64,000 bases of DNA, taken from positions 1-64,000 of the forward strand of contig JAQGDQ010002388.1 in the NCBI GenBank assembly GCA_030141605.1. Reading direction: 5' to 3'. Made by a program: the position numbers and the translations under genes. Numbering within the stretch: the first letter of the stretch is position 1; every line of letters begins with the position of its first letter. A model generated the notes under the pieces. That model had not been told where the DNA came from, did not search any database, and saw only the letters and a program-made list of their open reading frames with translations. This DNA comes from Tubiluchus corallicola. Its lineage: Eukaryota; Animalia; Priapulida. Below, piece by piece: positions 37,794 through 48,689 of this stretch.

Positions 37794-38885
37794 CTAGAGG
37801 CGTTCTGTTGTTTGTGGATCAAACAGAGAGATTTTTTCAAGGTGGAAATCCAGCTGAATATCCTTTTGATCCTCGGTGACATCGTCAGCCGAAAGGCGTG
37901 CGGAAAGCTTTGTTCCATCTTCAAGGCGTGTCCATACCATGGTATCGGATCCGAGTGTTTCGAGAAGTTCAACAGGGAGTCGTATTGATGGTGCGTCGCT
38001 TTTCTCCTGATGTTTTTTTATATTTTCTGCTCGAATACCCATAATGGCTTCTTGGCCATTTTGGGGTGTTTCTTTAAATGGATAGAATGAAAGAGGAAAT
38101 GATATGTCTCCCCATTCACCGTCTATAGTGCCTCCATTGGCTTTCAGCCGAATATTGATAAAATTCATGACAGGAGAGCCGATAAAGCTGGCAACAAAAA
38201 GATTCGCCGGTTTATTATAAAGCTCTTTCGGGGGAGCGGATTGTTGTATTTCGCCTTCTTTCAGCAGCACGACCTGTGTTGCCATAGTCATAGCCTCGAC
38301 TTGATCATGAGTAACATAAATGATTGTATTGTTAAGAATCCGGTGAAGTTTTTTAATTTCCACACGCATTTCTGATCGTAATTTTGCATCAAGATTAGAG
38401 AGTGGCTCGTCAAAGAGAAAGACTTTTGAATCGCGCACTAGTGCTCTTCCGATTGCTACTCTTTGCCTTTGCCCTCCGGAGAGTTGTGCGGGTTTTCTAT
38501 CAAGATAATCTGTAATTTGAAGAATATGGGCGGCTTTTTCAACGCGTTCTTTGATTTCATTTTTTGATAAGCGTTTGTTCATTTTAAGAGCAAATTCCAT
38601 ATTTTTTCGAACAGTCATGGTTGGATAGAGCGCGTAGGACTGAAATACCATGGCAATATTGCGTTGATGAGGTGACAGATCTGTTACGTCGCGTTCCTGT
38701 ATCCATATTTCACCTCCGTCGATATCCTCAAGGCCGGCGATAGAGTTCAGTAATGTTGATTTTCCACATCCTGACGGCCCTAGGAGCACAAGGAATTCTC
38801 CTTCTGGGATGGAATAGGAAATATTTTTCAAGACATGATTTTGTCCATATAATTTATCAATATTTTTTAATTCGACACTGGCCAT
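37794..38885 (-). CDS. Sugar ABC ATPase (glucose/mannose-type system)
   Basis: [33 protein letters not shown]. Confidence 0.95.
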   Translation of the reverse strand: MASVELKNIDKLYGQNHVLKNISYSIPEGEFLVLLGPSGCGKSTLLNSIAGLEDIDGGEIWIQERDVTDLSPHQRNIAMVFQSYALYPTMTVRKNMEFALKMNKRLSKNEIKERVEKAAHILQITDYLDRKPAQLSGGQRQRVAIGRALVRDSKVFLFDEPLSNLDAKLRSEMRVEIKKLHRILNNTIIYVTHDQVEAMTMATQVVLLKEGEIQQSAPPKELYNKPANLFVASFIGSPVMNFINIRLKANGGTIDGEWGDISFPLSFYPFKETPQNGQEAIMGIRAENIKKHQEKSDAPSIRLPVELLETLGSDTMVWTRLEDGTKLSARLSADDVTEDQKDIQLDFHLEKISLFDPQTTERL

Positions 38886-38891
38886 TTTTTC

Positions 38892-39779
38892 TTATCCTTT
38901 TACTGCGCCGGCTGTAATTCCGCGCACGAAATATTTTCCAGAAATAAAATAAACAACTAAAGGCGGCAACGCTGTCAGCAGAGACGCGGCCATATTCACA
39001 TTATATTCTCGTTCTCCGTAAGTTGTATTGACGATATTATTAAGAAGAACTGTCATGGGTTGCGCTTCTCTTCCTGCGAATGTCAATCCCATCATATAGT
39101 CGTTCCATACACCGGTTACTTGTAAAATAAGAGCGACCATAAAGATCATGGATGAGAGAGGAAAGACAACATAAAGGTAAATTTTCCAAAACTCACCGCA
39201 ATCTATTTTCGCAGCTTTGATAATTTCTTCTGGTAGAGAGACGTAGAAATTTCTAAAAATCAGTGTAAGAACAGGCAGCCCAAAGATTGTATGAATAAAA
39301 ACGACGCCCCATATAGAATTGTAAATTTGCATGACGGTGGCGACTTTAATCAGCGGATACATGATCACCTGAAAGGGAATAAAAGCACCGAGCATTAAGA
39401 ATGTCAGAAGTATATTCGCCCATTTTACGCGCCAAAGAGCCATTGCGTATCCTGTTATAGAGGCGACTCCGATAGAGATAATAACGCTGGGGATTAGAAT
39501 TTTAACCGAGTTCCAAAACCCTGGTTGTAACCCTGTGCATTGCAGGCCTGTACAAGCACCTGACCATGCCTTTTTCCAAGGCTGAATAGTCCATGATTCC
39601 GGAAAAGCGACAATAGAGGATCCGAGGCGAATCTCTTCCATATCCTTAAAGGATGTAACAAAAACGATATAGAAAGGGATAAGAAAGAAAAGCGCTGAGA
39701 TAATAAGGAAAAAATAGATCGCTATTCGCTGCGGCAGTTGTGTGTTTTTCTTTTTTCTTGGTTTAGCGATCGTTATCAT
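38892..39779 (-). CDS. Sugar ABC permease (GtsC-like)
   Basis: AWSGACTG, FRNFY, FVRGITAGAVKG; ATG at 39779 overlaps the upstream TGA (track gives 39797). Confidence 0.9.
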   Translation of the reverse strand: MITIAKPRKKKNTQLPQRIAIYFFLIISALFFLIPFYIVFVTSFKDMEEIRLGSSIVAFPESWTIQPWKKAWSGACTGLQCTGLQPGFWNSVKILIPSVIISIGVASITGYAMALWRVKWANILLTFLMLGAFIPFQVIMYPLIKVATVMQIYNSIWGVVFIHTIFGLPVLTLIFRNFYVSLPEEIIKAAKIDCGEFWKIYLYVVFPLSSMIFMVALILQVTGVWNDYMMGLTFAGREAQPMTVLLNNIVNTTYGEREYNVNMAASLLTALPPLVVYFISGKYFVRGITAGAVKG

Positions 39780-40648
39780 GATTCTTTTCCTCTCCAATAT
39801 ACATAGAGTCCATACGGCATCAGGATAATGGCGACAGTCAGCAGCATAGCGATAGCGGCTGCAGATCCATAAGCGATATTGTTTCTTTCAAAAAAGGTAA
39901 CCATCACGAATCGCGCCGGTAGGTCAGAGGCGTTTCCGGGTCCGCCTCGTGTAAGAGCAACGACAAGGTCATAGGCTTTTACAGTTCCGATTGCCAGAAG
40001 AACGACCGCTGTGATAATCGCGGGTTTGAGCATGGGGACAGCGACAAAAAGATAGACGCGCCATGCCGGAACGCCGTCCACTTTAGAGGCTTTCCATATT
40101 TCTACATCAACATTTTTCAATCCTGCGAGTAAGATCGCCATAATCAGACCGCTTGCTTGCCATATTGCAGCAATAATAACAGTATAAATGGCCATTTCTC
40201 TATTGATGAGCCAATCGAAATAAAAACTCTCAAATCCCAAATCATGCATTAATTTTTCTAACCCCATTGTCGGGTTGAAAATCCATTGCCAGACGAGTCC
40301 GGTAACAATGAGCGAAACAGCAAGGGGATAAAGAAAAACAGTTCGAAACAGTCCATCTCCTTTTATATTCTGATCCATTAGCACGGCAAGAAGAAATCCG
40401 ATCAAAAGGCATCCAACAATAAAGAAAGAACCGAAGGTTAGCATATTGATAACGGCGCCTTCCCAGCGCGCATCGTTCCATAAGCGCATATACTGCATAA
40501 AGCCGTCAATTTTGTAGCTTGGTATGGTTTTTGATTGTGTAAGAGACATGTAAAATGTCCACCCAATTCCGCCATAGAACCCACAAACTGTAATAAAGAC
40601 AGCCGGAATAAGAGCCAATTGAGGCATTAAATTCTGTTCTTTCATCAT
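39776..40648 (-). CDS. Sugar ABC permease (GtsB-like)
   Basis: VTGLVWQW, ASKVDG, YDLVVALTRGGPG, DLPA. Confidence 0.9.
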   Translation of the reverse strand: MMKEQNLMPQLALIPAVFITVCGFYGGIGWTFYMSLTQSKTIPSYKIDGFMQYMRLWNDARWEGAVINMLTFGSFFIVGCLLIGFLLAVLMDQNIKGDGLFRTVFLYPLAVSLIVTGLVWQWIFNPTMGLEKLMHDLGFESFYFDWLINREMAIYTVIIAAIWQASGLIMAILLAGLKNVDVEIWKASKVDGVPAWRVYLFVAVPMLKPAIITAVVLLAIGTVKAYDLVVALTRGGPGNASDLPARFVMVTFFERNNIAYGSAAAIAMLLTVAIILMPYGLYVYWRGKES

Positions 40649-40815
40649 AAGCGTTTCCTGCTTTGGGATAAAGCGTTACGATTGCATCGCAAAGAGCCAG
40701 AGTAAAAAACTCAGACGCTCCTTTTTTCTTGATAGAAAAGCATACATATCCATTGGGACATCTTAAAAATAGTGATATATTCTAGTATGTTGAGACTCAT
40801 TTTTAATATTTTACT

Positions 40816-42060
40816 TTAATTTGTATAATCAAACACGGTTTCTAGCTCTTTAATTGCGCGATCAACTGACATTCTCGGGCTATTCCAAAAGTTGGAAGTG
40901 ACATCCAGCAGCTGTCCTCTCCAATCGCCTGTTGTATACCATGCGGGGTTAGGAAGTTGATAGTCTGGATTGCTGACAATCTCTAAGGAAAGTTGTGCGC
41001 ATTCATCAATTTCGTTTTTATCCACATCTAGGCGAATTGGTGCTGATCCTTTGATATTGGAAAAGGCCACTTGAACATCTTTATCAAAGGCGGCGCTAAT
41101 GAACGCGTTTTGCGCTGCTGTATTTTTTGTTTTGGGGAAAACAAAGCTATCGATGGTTAAGATAAAGGCTTCATTTCCGCCGGGAGCCATTGTGCATCCG
41201 AAATCCACACCGATTTTTTTCCCTGCGGCAAGGAACTCGCCTTTCATCCAATCCCCATGAATTTGCATAGCGGCTTTATCCTGTATGACTAGGTAGGTTG
41301 CGTCATTCCAGTTTCTTCCAGTTGCGCCTCGATCGGTATAATCTTTTATTTTTCGAAAAATCTCGAATGCTTTCCGCATTTCCGGTGAGCGCAGGGTGGA
41401 TTTTTTTGGATTAGGGCCATACATATCCATATAGAGTTGTTTGCCCCCTACTCCGATAAGAACGTTATAAAAGAGGATATGTTCCTGCCAACTTTGCCCG
41501 CCATGTGCAAGGGGGATATAGCCTGCGGCTTTAATTTTATCAGCAACGACAAAAAACTCGTCCCACGTTTTCGGAGGTTGAATATTCAACTCATCGAAAA
41601 TTTTCTTATTATAATATAGAGCGTTATCGGTATGAAGATTTATAGGAAGACCTAAAATGACAGTATTTCCTTTTTCGCCATGATAAGAAGCCATTTTTTG
41701 TGCTTCTTCCGGTATGACTTTAAAAAACCCGAGCTTTTCAACGTTATCGAAAATATTGTTCATTTTTCCTGCTTCGTAGAGCTCGCGAACAAATTCATCC
41801 GGATGGCTTTGAAAAGAGTCTGGGGGGTTATTGCCGGCAAAGCGGTTTCGGACGAAGCTTAAGGCGCCGTCGTTAGTTGCTATGGCAGAATCTTTCCACT
41901 TATAGCCTTTTTTTTCAAAAGCACTGACAATAACCTGTAAAGCAGCTGATTCACTACCGGAAGTCCACCAATGTATAACCTCAAGTTCTTGCTTTGCTTC
42001 TGCTGTAGAAAATGTTATTCCCCCAGCGATCAGGCATAAGACCAGATATTGAATCTTCAT
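40816..42060 (-). CDS. Glucose/mannose-type ABC substrate-binding protein (GtsA-like)
   Basis: Signal peptide, EVIHWWTSGSE, HGGQSWQE, GRNWNDAT, HGDWMKGEF. Confidence 0.88.
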   Translation of the reverse strand: MKIQYLVLCLIAGGITFSTAEAKQELEVIHWWTSGSESAALQVIVSAFEKKGYKWKDSAIATNDGALSFVRNRFAGNNPPDSFQSHPDEFVRELYEAGKMNNIFDNVEKLGFFKVIPEEAQKMASYHGEKGNTVILGLPINLHTDNALYYNKKIFDELNIQPPKTWDEFFVVADKIKAAGYIPLAHGGQSWQEHILFYNVLIGVGGKQLYMDMYGPNPKKSTLRSPEMRKAFEIFRKIKDYTDRGATGRNWNDATYLVIQDKAAMQIHGDWMKGEFLAAGKKIGVDFGCTMAPGGNEAFILTIDSFVFPKTKNTAAQNAFISAAFDKDVQVAFSNIKGSAPIRLDVDKNEIDECAQLSLEIVSNPDYQLPNPAWYTTGDWRGQLLDVTSNFWNSPRMSVDRAIKELETVFDYTN

Positions 42061-42296
42061 ATTGCACTCCCTGTTTATTTTACTGTTTTATTAGCTATTA
42101 TTATTTATGATTAATTATCCAGCAACTATAGCATCTCTGTAAAAACCTTGTCAATCAGACTTTAATTATCATGAGTTTTCTTTAATTTTATTCGTAAGGA
42201 AAAATTTATATTTATTTATGCAATAGAAAGGAATACACTCCAACGGAATATTAATTGATAAATAATAATTTAAGAACATTTAAAGGGAGAATTTTT

Positions 42297-43649
42297 ATGG
42301 TACAACGTCATTTTCCAGCTGATTTTTTATGGGGTGCTTCAACGGCCAGCTATCAGATTGAGGGAGCTGTTCATGAGGAAGGAAGAAAAGATAGTATATG
42401 GGATGTTTTCTGCCGTCGCCCTGGTGCCATTCGTGACGGGAGCAGCGGTGAGATTGCCGATGATCATTATCATCGTTATCCTGAGGATATTCAAATTATG
42501 AAAGATCTAGGTTTAAAGGCTTATCGTTTTTCCTTATCTTGGCCACGAATTTTTCCTGATGGTTTTGGCACACCTAACGAGAAAGGGCTGGACTTTTACG
42601 ATCGTGTCATTGATGAAACGCTTCGTCAAGGGATAGATCCTTGGATTTGTCTTTATCATTGGGACTTACCTCAAGCTTTGCATCGCAGAGGAGGTTGGAC
42701 TAACCGAGATATTGCCAGCTGGTTTGGAGAGCTAGCGGAGATTTCCGGTAAGCGTTATGGCGATCGTGTTAAGGTTTGGAGTATCATTAACGAACATAGT
42801 GTTACGGCGTCTTTAGGGTATGAAATAGGAGAGCATGCGCCGGGAATAAAAGATTTTTATAGTGCGATTGCAGTGATGCATCATCAAAACTTAGCGCAAG
42901 GAAGAGCCATTGATATTTTACGTTCTCTTCATCCTGACAGTAAGGTAGGGACTATTTTCGCTCTATCGACTCAGACTCCTTATTTTGCGGATTGCCCAGA
43001 ACATCAGGCACTTGCGAGCAAGGCGGAAGATATTATGTTTGGGCAATATTGTGATCCGCTTTATTTTGGAAAATATAACGCGCATCTTCTTCCGTATGTT
43101 TCAGAGTTTATTCAGGATGGGGATATGGATATTATCCGCAAGGAGATTGATTTCTTTGGTCTTAATTATTACATGCGTTATTTCATTCAGAAGACGAATT
43201 TTCCGACACCGTATGGATATACGGGAACTTTTATTCCTTATGGCGCTGCGAAGCTGACTGATATGGCCTGGGAAATCAAAGGAGAAGGTTTATATGACAT
43301 GCTACATAAGATCAAGGCACGTTATAACAACCCGACGATTTATATTACGGAGAATGGATGCGCTATGCCTGATCATGTACAACCAGACGGCCGAATCGAA
43401 GATAATGATCGTATAGATTATCTTCAGGAATATCTCTCCTGGTCTCACAAAGCGATTAGTGAAGGTGTTAATCTGAAAGGCTATCTTATTTGGACACTGC
43501 TTGATAATTTCGAGTGGGCCTATGGCTTAGCAAAGCGTTTTGGTCTTGTTCATGTTGATTATACTACTTTAAAGAGAACGCCTAAGAAATCATGGTATTG
43601 GATGCAAAAGCTTATTGCCGATAATGAAATAGAGGATAATACTCTCTAA
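42297..43649 (+). CDS. GH1 beta-glucosidase
   Basis: FLWGASTASYQIEG, YRFSLSWPRI, YHWDLPQ, NEH acid/base, ITENG nucleophile, DNFEW. ATG at 42297 after AAGGGAG. Confidence 0.94.
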   Translation: MVQRHFPADFLWGASTASYQIEGAVHEEGRKDSIWDVFCRRPGAIRDGSSGEIADDHYHRYPEDIQIMKDLGLKAYRFSLSWPRIFPDGFGTPNEKGLDFYDRVIDETLRQGIDPWICLYHWDLPQALHRRGGWTNRDIASWFGELAEISGKRYGDRVKVWSIINEHSVTASLGYEIGEHAPGIKDFYSAIAVMHHQNLAQGRAIDILRSLHPDSKVGTIFALSTQTPYFADCPEHQALASKAEDIMFGQYCDPLYFGKYNAHLLPYVSEFIQDGDMDIIRKEIDFFGLNYYMRYFIQKTNFPTPYGYTGTFIPYGAAKLTDMAWEIKGEGLYDMLHKIKARYNNPTIYITENGCAMPDHVQPDGRIEDNDRIDYLQEYLSWSHKAISEGVNLKGYLIWTLLDNFEWAYGLAKRFGLVHVDYTTLKRTPKKSWYWMQKLIADNEIEDNTL

Positions 43650-43781
43650 GATTTCTCTGTTTATTTTAAGCTTAAGGCCTGTCTGATTTTAAAAGTCAGA
43701 ATTGGTGTTGTTGCATGATTTATAATATGTTAGCATAACGTTAATTTAATAATAAACCAATGTAATAACGGGAGTTTTCAT

Positions 43782-45041
43782 ATGTTTAAGCAATTTATGC
43801 ATACAATTGCCTCTTTATGTTTAGCGGTGGTATTTTCTTTTTCTTCTGCTTATTCTGCGGAAGTGTCTATCGCTATGGCTTTAATTGGGCAGGATTATGA
43901 ATTTATCAAAGATGTTGCGGCGGAATGGGAACAAGAAACAGGACACACGCTTAAATTTGTAGAGTTACCGAATAACTCGAGTGATCAGTTTGTTCAATTT
44001 AAAACCTGGTTATCTGCTGGAAGCAGTGATGTTGATATTTATCGTGTTGATACTGTTTGGGGGCCTCAGCTTGCGAGTCATTTTGTCGATTTAAAATCCT
44101 ATGTTCCGGATTTGGATGAGATTGTTCCTTCTATCATTGAATCTCAGATGGTTAACGGGCATTTGATTGCGATTCCGTTTCATACAGATGTGCCTGTTTT
44201 ATATTACCGGAAAGACTTGCTTGAAAAATACAATTACCCTGTTCCAAAGAGTTGGGAAGAAATGACAAATATCGCGTTTGATATTATGAGACGCGAGCGT
44301 TCTCACAACAGTAAAATGTGGGGGTTTGTCTGGCAAGGTGCGTCGTATGAAGGGCTGACCTGTAATGCTCTTGAGTGGATTAAGAGTTATGGTGGCGGTC
44401 AGATTGTTGAAACAGATGGCACGATTAGCATAAACAATCCTTATGCGGCCAAGGCAATCAATTTGGCGGCGAGCTGGGTCAATACCATATCTCCTCCGGG
44501 GATATTGTCTTATATGGAAGAGAATGCGCGTGGTATTTGGCAGCTTGGCAATTCGGTCTTTATGCGGAATTGGCCATATGCTTACTCTCTTGGGGAGTTA
44601 GACAATAGCCCTATTAAAGGGAAAGTCGGCATAGCGCCTCTTCCTTCCGGCTCTAATGAGACAGCTTCAACTCTTGGGGGATGGAGCATGTCTGTTTCCA
44701 AATATTCAAAAAACCAGCAGGCGGCGATTAGTTTAGCGGTAAAACTCGCCAGTAAGGACGTTCAAAAGCGCCAGGCGATATTGCAGTCAAAGCTTCCAAC
44801 CTACCCTTCTCTTTATCAGGATCCAGATATTTTGGAAGCCTATCCATTCTTCGCTAATATTCTCGAGTCTGTCAAAGGAAGTGTTCCCCGCCCTTCTGCG
44901 CCGACGCAGCGACGATATCAGGAAGTATCAACAGAATTTTGGAATGCGGTTCATAAAACACTTTCAGGTAATGGAGATGCAGAGACAAACCTCAGTCAAC
45001 TGGAGCGTCGCTTAAAAAGAGTTAAAGGCAAGTCCTGGTAA
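43782..45041 (+). CDS. Trehalose/maltose ABC substrate-binding protein (ThuE-like)
   Basis: LYYRKDLL, WQGASYEGLTCNALEW, FMRNWPY, TLGGW. Confidence 0.88.
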   Translation: MFKQFMHTIASLCLAVVFSFSSAYSAEVSIAMALIGQDYEFIKDVAAEWEQETGHTLKFVELPNNSSDQFVQFKTWLSAGSSDVDIYRVDTVWGPQLASHFVDLKSYVPDLDEIVPSIIESQMVNGHLIAIPFHTDVPVLYYRKDLLEKYNYPVPKSWEEMTNIAFDIMRRERSHNSKMWGFVWQGASYEGLTCNALEWIKSYGGGQIVETDGTISINNPYAAKAINLAASWVNTISPPGILSYMEENARGIWQLGNSVFMRNWPYAYSLGELDNSPIKGKVGIAPLPSGSNETASTLGGWSMSVSKYSKNQQAAISLAVKLASKDVQKRQAILQSKLPTYPSLYQDPDILEAYPFFANILESVKGSVPRPSAPTQRRYQEVSTEFWNAVHKTLSGNGDAETNLSQLERRLKRVKGKSW

Positions 45042-45095
45042 AATTATCATGCGGCTTCAAGGCTAGTATCAAACCATAAAAACAGGGAGAGTATC

Positions 45096-46055
45096 ATGCC
45101 AACAACAGCTCTACAACCTGAGTTAAAGCTGCGATCCACTCGTAAGAAGACCTTAGAGACTTCTAAAATATCGTATGCACGGATATTTCTTTTACCTCTT
45201 TTGGCAACTCTTGTGCTGGTTGCTGGTTGGCCGCTTGTAAAGACAATTTATTTTAGTATTACTGATGCCGAGTTAGAGACAATTTCAGATTACAGTTTCA
45301 TTGGTTTTAGTAACTATCTGGAATATTATGATGGGGAATGGTATGGTATTTTGGCTGATTCCTTATGGTGGCGTTCTGTTTGGAATACCTTTTTATTTAC
45401 GATTATTTCTGTTTCTCTTGAGACATTTTTAGGAATTATTGTCGCGTTGGCATTAAACGTTTCTTTTCCAGCACGAGGAATTGTGCGGGCGGCGATTTTA
45501 ATTCCTTGGGCGATTCCAACGATTGTTTCTGCTAAGATGTGGGCTTGGATGCTTGATGACCAGCTGGGGATTATCAACGATCTTTTAATCCGCATGAATA
45601 TTCTATCTGAGGGAATTGCCTGGACCTCTAACATTCATACAGCTTTATTGACGATTATTCTTGTGGATGTTTGGAAGACAACGCCTTTTATGGCTTTATT
45701 GATTTTAGCGGCGCTTCAAATTCTTCCTAAGGATGTTTTTGAGGCGGCTAAAATCGATGGCGCTGGTCCTGTAAGGCGTTTTTTCTCTATTTCGCTTCCT
45801 TTGATTGCGCCTGCTTTAACGGTTGCGATCACTTTCCGAGCTCTTGATGCGCTACGTGTTTTTGATCTGATTTACATTCTCACACCCAATAACGAGGCTG
45901 TTATGTCCATGTCGGTTTATGCCCGTCGTCAGCTGATTGAATATTCCAAGGTTGGTCATGGTTCTGCTGCATCGACAGTTTTATTTCTGACTATCGGTTT
46001 TATCACGCTTATGTATTTGCGGATCAGCCGGAAGAATTTTGAACGGGGGATGTAG
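45096..46055 (+). CDS. Trehalose/maltose ABC permease (ThuF-like)
   Basis: PWAIPTIVSAKMW, DVWKTTPF, RALDALRVFD. Confidence 0.9.
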   Translation: MPTTALQPELKLRSTRKKTLETSKISYARIFLLPLLATLVLVAGWPLVKTIYFSITDAELETISDYSFIGFSNYLEYYDGEWYGILADSLWWRSVWNTFLFTIISVSLETFLGIIVALALNVSFPARGIVRAAILIPWAIPTIVSAKMWAWMLDDQLGIINDLLIRMNILSEGIAWTSNIHTALLTIILVDVWKTTPFMALLILAALQILPKDVFEAAKIDGAGPVRRFFSISLPLIAPALTVAITFRALDALRVFDLIYILTPNNEAVMSMSVYARRQLIEYSKVGHGSAASTVLFLTIGFITLMYLRISRKNFERGM

Positions 46056-46058
46056 CTT

Positions 46059-46895
46059 ATGGAACGGATCACACCTTATTTTCTTAAGATGTCTTTTTAT
46101 ATGTTAATTTTAATTATTATTATTTTTTCTCTATTCCCCTTTTATTATGCGGTTTTGACTTCATTAAAGAGCGGGACAGCTCTTTTTGAAACGACTTATT
46201 TTCCTAAACAGATTGATTTTTCAAATTATAAGTCTGTTTTAACAAAAGGAAGTTTTCTGCGCAATATTTTTAACTCTGTTTTTGTTGCGAGCAGTGTTGT
46301 TATTGTTTCTTTACTGATGTCTATCACAGCGGCCTGGGCTTTAGGACGTGTGAGTTTCAAAGGGCGTGGTTTACTACTTATGACGATTTTAGGGGTTTCC
46401 ATGTTTCCGCAGGTCGCTGTGTTATCCGGTTTATATGAGATTGTTCGCTGGATGAATTTATTTAATTCTCCTTGGGCGCTTATTTTTTCTTATATGATTT
46501 TCACGCTTCCCTTTACAGTGTGGGTTCTCACGACGTTTATTTCTTCTCTTCCGAAAGAGATTGAAGAAAGCACCTATATTGACGGAGGCACACCATGGAC
46601 AGTTGTTTTCAGCATTTTCCTGCCACTTATGTGGCCGGCGCTTGTAACGACGGGTCTTTTAGCGTTTATAGGCGCCTGGAATGAATTTCTTTTTGCGTTA
46701 ACCTTTACGTTAACAAACGAACAAAGGACAGTGACTGTTGCCATCTCTCAGATTAGTGGCGGCTCAGAGCATGAGATCCCTTGGGGAAATATTATGGCAG
46801 CGTCTGTTATTGTGACGTTACCTTTAGTTGCTTTAGTTTTATTTTTCCAGCGGCGGATTGTCTCTGGTTTAACGGCGGGCGCTGTCAAAGGGTAA
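46059..46895 (+). CDS. Trehalose/maltose ABC permease (ThuG-like)
   Basis: MFPQVA, AWNEFLFALTF, PWGNIMAAS, GLTAGAVKG. Confidence 0.9.
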   Translation: MERITPYFLKMSFYMLILIIIIFSLFPFYYAVLTSLKSGTALFETTYFPKQIDFSNYKSVLTKGSFLRNIFNSVFVASSVVIVSLLMSITAAWALGRVSFKGRGLLLMTILGVSMFPQVAVLSGLYEIVRWMNLFNSPWALIFSYMIFTLPFTVWVLTTFISSLPKEIEESTYIDGGTPWTVVFSIFLPLMWPALVTTGLLAFIGAWNEFLFALTFTLTNEQRTVTVAISQISGGSEHEIPWGNIMAASVIVTLPLVALVLFFQRRIVSGLTAGAVKG

Positions 46896-46931
46896 AACTG
46901 TTTAATCTAATAATTACTTTAAGGAAAAAAA

Positions 46932-48578
46932 ATGACACACACGATAAAAAAAGATTGGTGGAGAGGCGCTGTTATCTATCAAATTTATCCTCGTTCCTAC
47001 TATGATTCTAATGGCGATGGCGTTGGGGATTTAGAGGGCGTTACAGAAAAGCTTGACTATGTTGCTTCTCTAGGGGTTGATGGTATTTGGCTCTCACCGT
47101 TTTTTCCGTCTCCCATGAAGGATTTTGGCTATGATGTTTCGGATTATTGTGATGTTGATCCTTTATTTGGTTCATTATCTGATTTTGATTCTCTGGTTAA
47201 AAAGGCGCATTCTTTGGGCTTAAAAGTGATTATTGATCAAGTTATCAGTCATACATCTGATCAGCATCCTTGGTTTCAGGAAAGTCGCCAAAGCCGGGAT
47301 AATCCCAAAGCGGGCTGGTATGTATGGGCTGATCCGAAAGCAGATGGCACACCGCCTAACAACTGGTTGTCGATTTTCGGAGGAAGTGCTTGGCAGTGGG
47401 ATACGCGTCGTTGCCAATATTATATGCATAATTTTCTTAAGGAGCAGCCGGATATCAATTTTCATCATCCCCAAGCCCGGCAAGCGCTTCTTAATACGCT
47501 AGAGTTCTGGCTTAAGAGGGGTGTTGATGGTTTTCGTTTTGACACGGTGAATTTTTATTATCATGATGATTTATTGCGTAATAATCCTGCAGAGGAACGT
47601 CCTGGTGTTATTTTAGATATTGCGTCTTCAAACCCTTATGGATATCAGCAGCATTTATTTGACAAGACTCGTCCGGAAAATATTGATTTTATGGAAGATA
47701 TTCGATCATTGCTGGATCGGTATGGCGCGACGACCTCTCTTGGAGAGGTCGGGGCCAGTCTTGACAGTATGCGTGTTATCTCGGATTATACGAAATCTAG
47801 CGAGCGTCTTCATATGTGTTATGGCTTTGATTTTATGAACTGTCCTTTAGAGACATCATATTTCCGCGAGCGTATTTCTGCGTTTGAGGAGATGAAGGAA
47901 GGGTGGATCTGTTGGGCGTTATCCAACCATGACTCGCCTCGCCATATCAGCAACTGGAGTCAAAAAGAGGAGGATCATGTTCCTTTAGCAAGGATGCTTC
48001 TTGTTTTACTGTTATGTTTAAGAGGAACGGCTTGTCTCTATCAAGGTGAGGAACTTGGGCTTGAGGAAGCGGATATTGCGTTTGAGGATCTTCAAGATCC
48101 GTGTGGAATTGAGTTCTGGCCTGAATGGAAGGGGCGTGACGGCTGTAGAACACCGATGCCTTGGGAGGGCGCAAAAACCCATGCTGCTTTTATTAAGGGC
48201 GCTCCTTCTTCTGTAAAGCCTTGGTTACCTATTCCTGAATCTCATAAGAAGAAGGCAGTTTCTTGCCAAGAGGGCCGTGAGGAGTCTTTATTATCTTTTT
48301 ATAGAATGGCTATTCCTTGGTATAAATCTCATGAACCTTTAGTTAAGGGGGATATTTCTTTTCCTAGTGAGTCTCCTTCCCTTTTGGTTTTTAATCGGGA
48401 GTATAGAGGTGAAAAAATACTGTGTCTTTTTAATTTTTCTTCTATGCCTCAGCAATGGGAATTTTCTTCCGATGATGATGCATGGACGATTGAGCCTCTT
48501 TTGCACAATGGATCTTTTTTAAATGGAAAGACAATTGATATAGATAAATATGGGTTTTTCATTTGCAAAACGGTATGA
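46932..48578 (+). CDS. GH13 alpha-glucosidase (AglA-like)
   Basis: WWRGAVIYQIYPRS, GFRFDTVN, GEVG, NHD, GRDGCRTPMPW. Confidence 0.93.
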   Translation: MTHTIKKDWWRGAVIYQIYPRSYYDSNGDGVGDLEGVTEKLDYVASLGVDGIWLSPFFPSPMKDFGYDVSDYCDVDPLFGSLSDFDSLVKKAHSLGLKVIIDQVISHTSDQHPWFQESRQSRDNPKAGWYVWADPKADGTPPNNWLSIFGGSAWQWDTRRCQYYMHNFLKEQPDINFHHPQARQALLNTLEFWLKRGVDGFRFDTVNFYYHDDLLRNNPAEERPGVILDIASSNPYGYQQHLFDKTRPENIDFMEDIRSLLDRYGATTSLGEVGASLDSMRVISDYTKSSERLHMCYGFDFMNCPLETSYFRERISAFEEMKEGWICWALSNHDSPRHISNWSQKEEDHVPLARMLLVLLLCLRGTACLYQGEELGLEEADIAFEDLQDPCGIEFWPEWKGRDGCRTPMPWEGAKTHAAFIKGAPSSVKPWLPIPESHKKKAVSCQEGREESLLSFYRMAIPWYKSHEPLVKGDISFPSESPSLLVFNREYRGEKILCLFNFSSMPQQWEFSSDDDAWTIEPLLHNGSFLNGKTIDIDKYGFFICKTV

Positions 48579-48689
48579 AATAGCGTTGTTTAGGCAAGAG
48601 AGTTAGGAGTGTTTTTCTCTTTATTTCAATGAAGCGATTTCGCTGGGGCTTATTTCTATTGTTTTTCTTGTTAGCAGAGCGATTGATTT

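Noticed and set aside
42297-43649. GH1 NEH in place of NEP as a sign of inactivity
   Set aside because: Both catalytic glutamates are present
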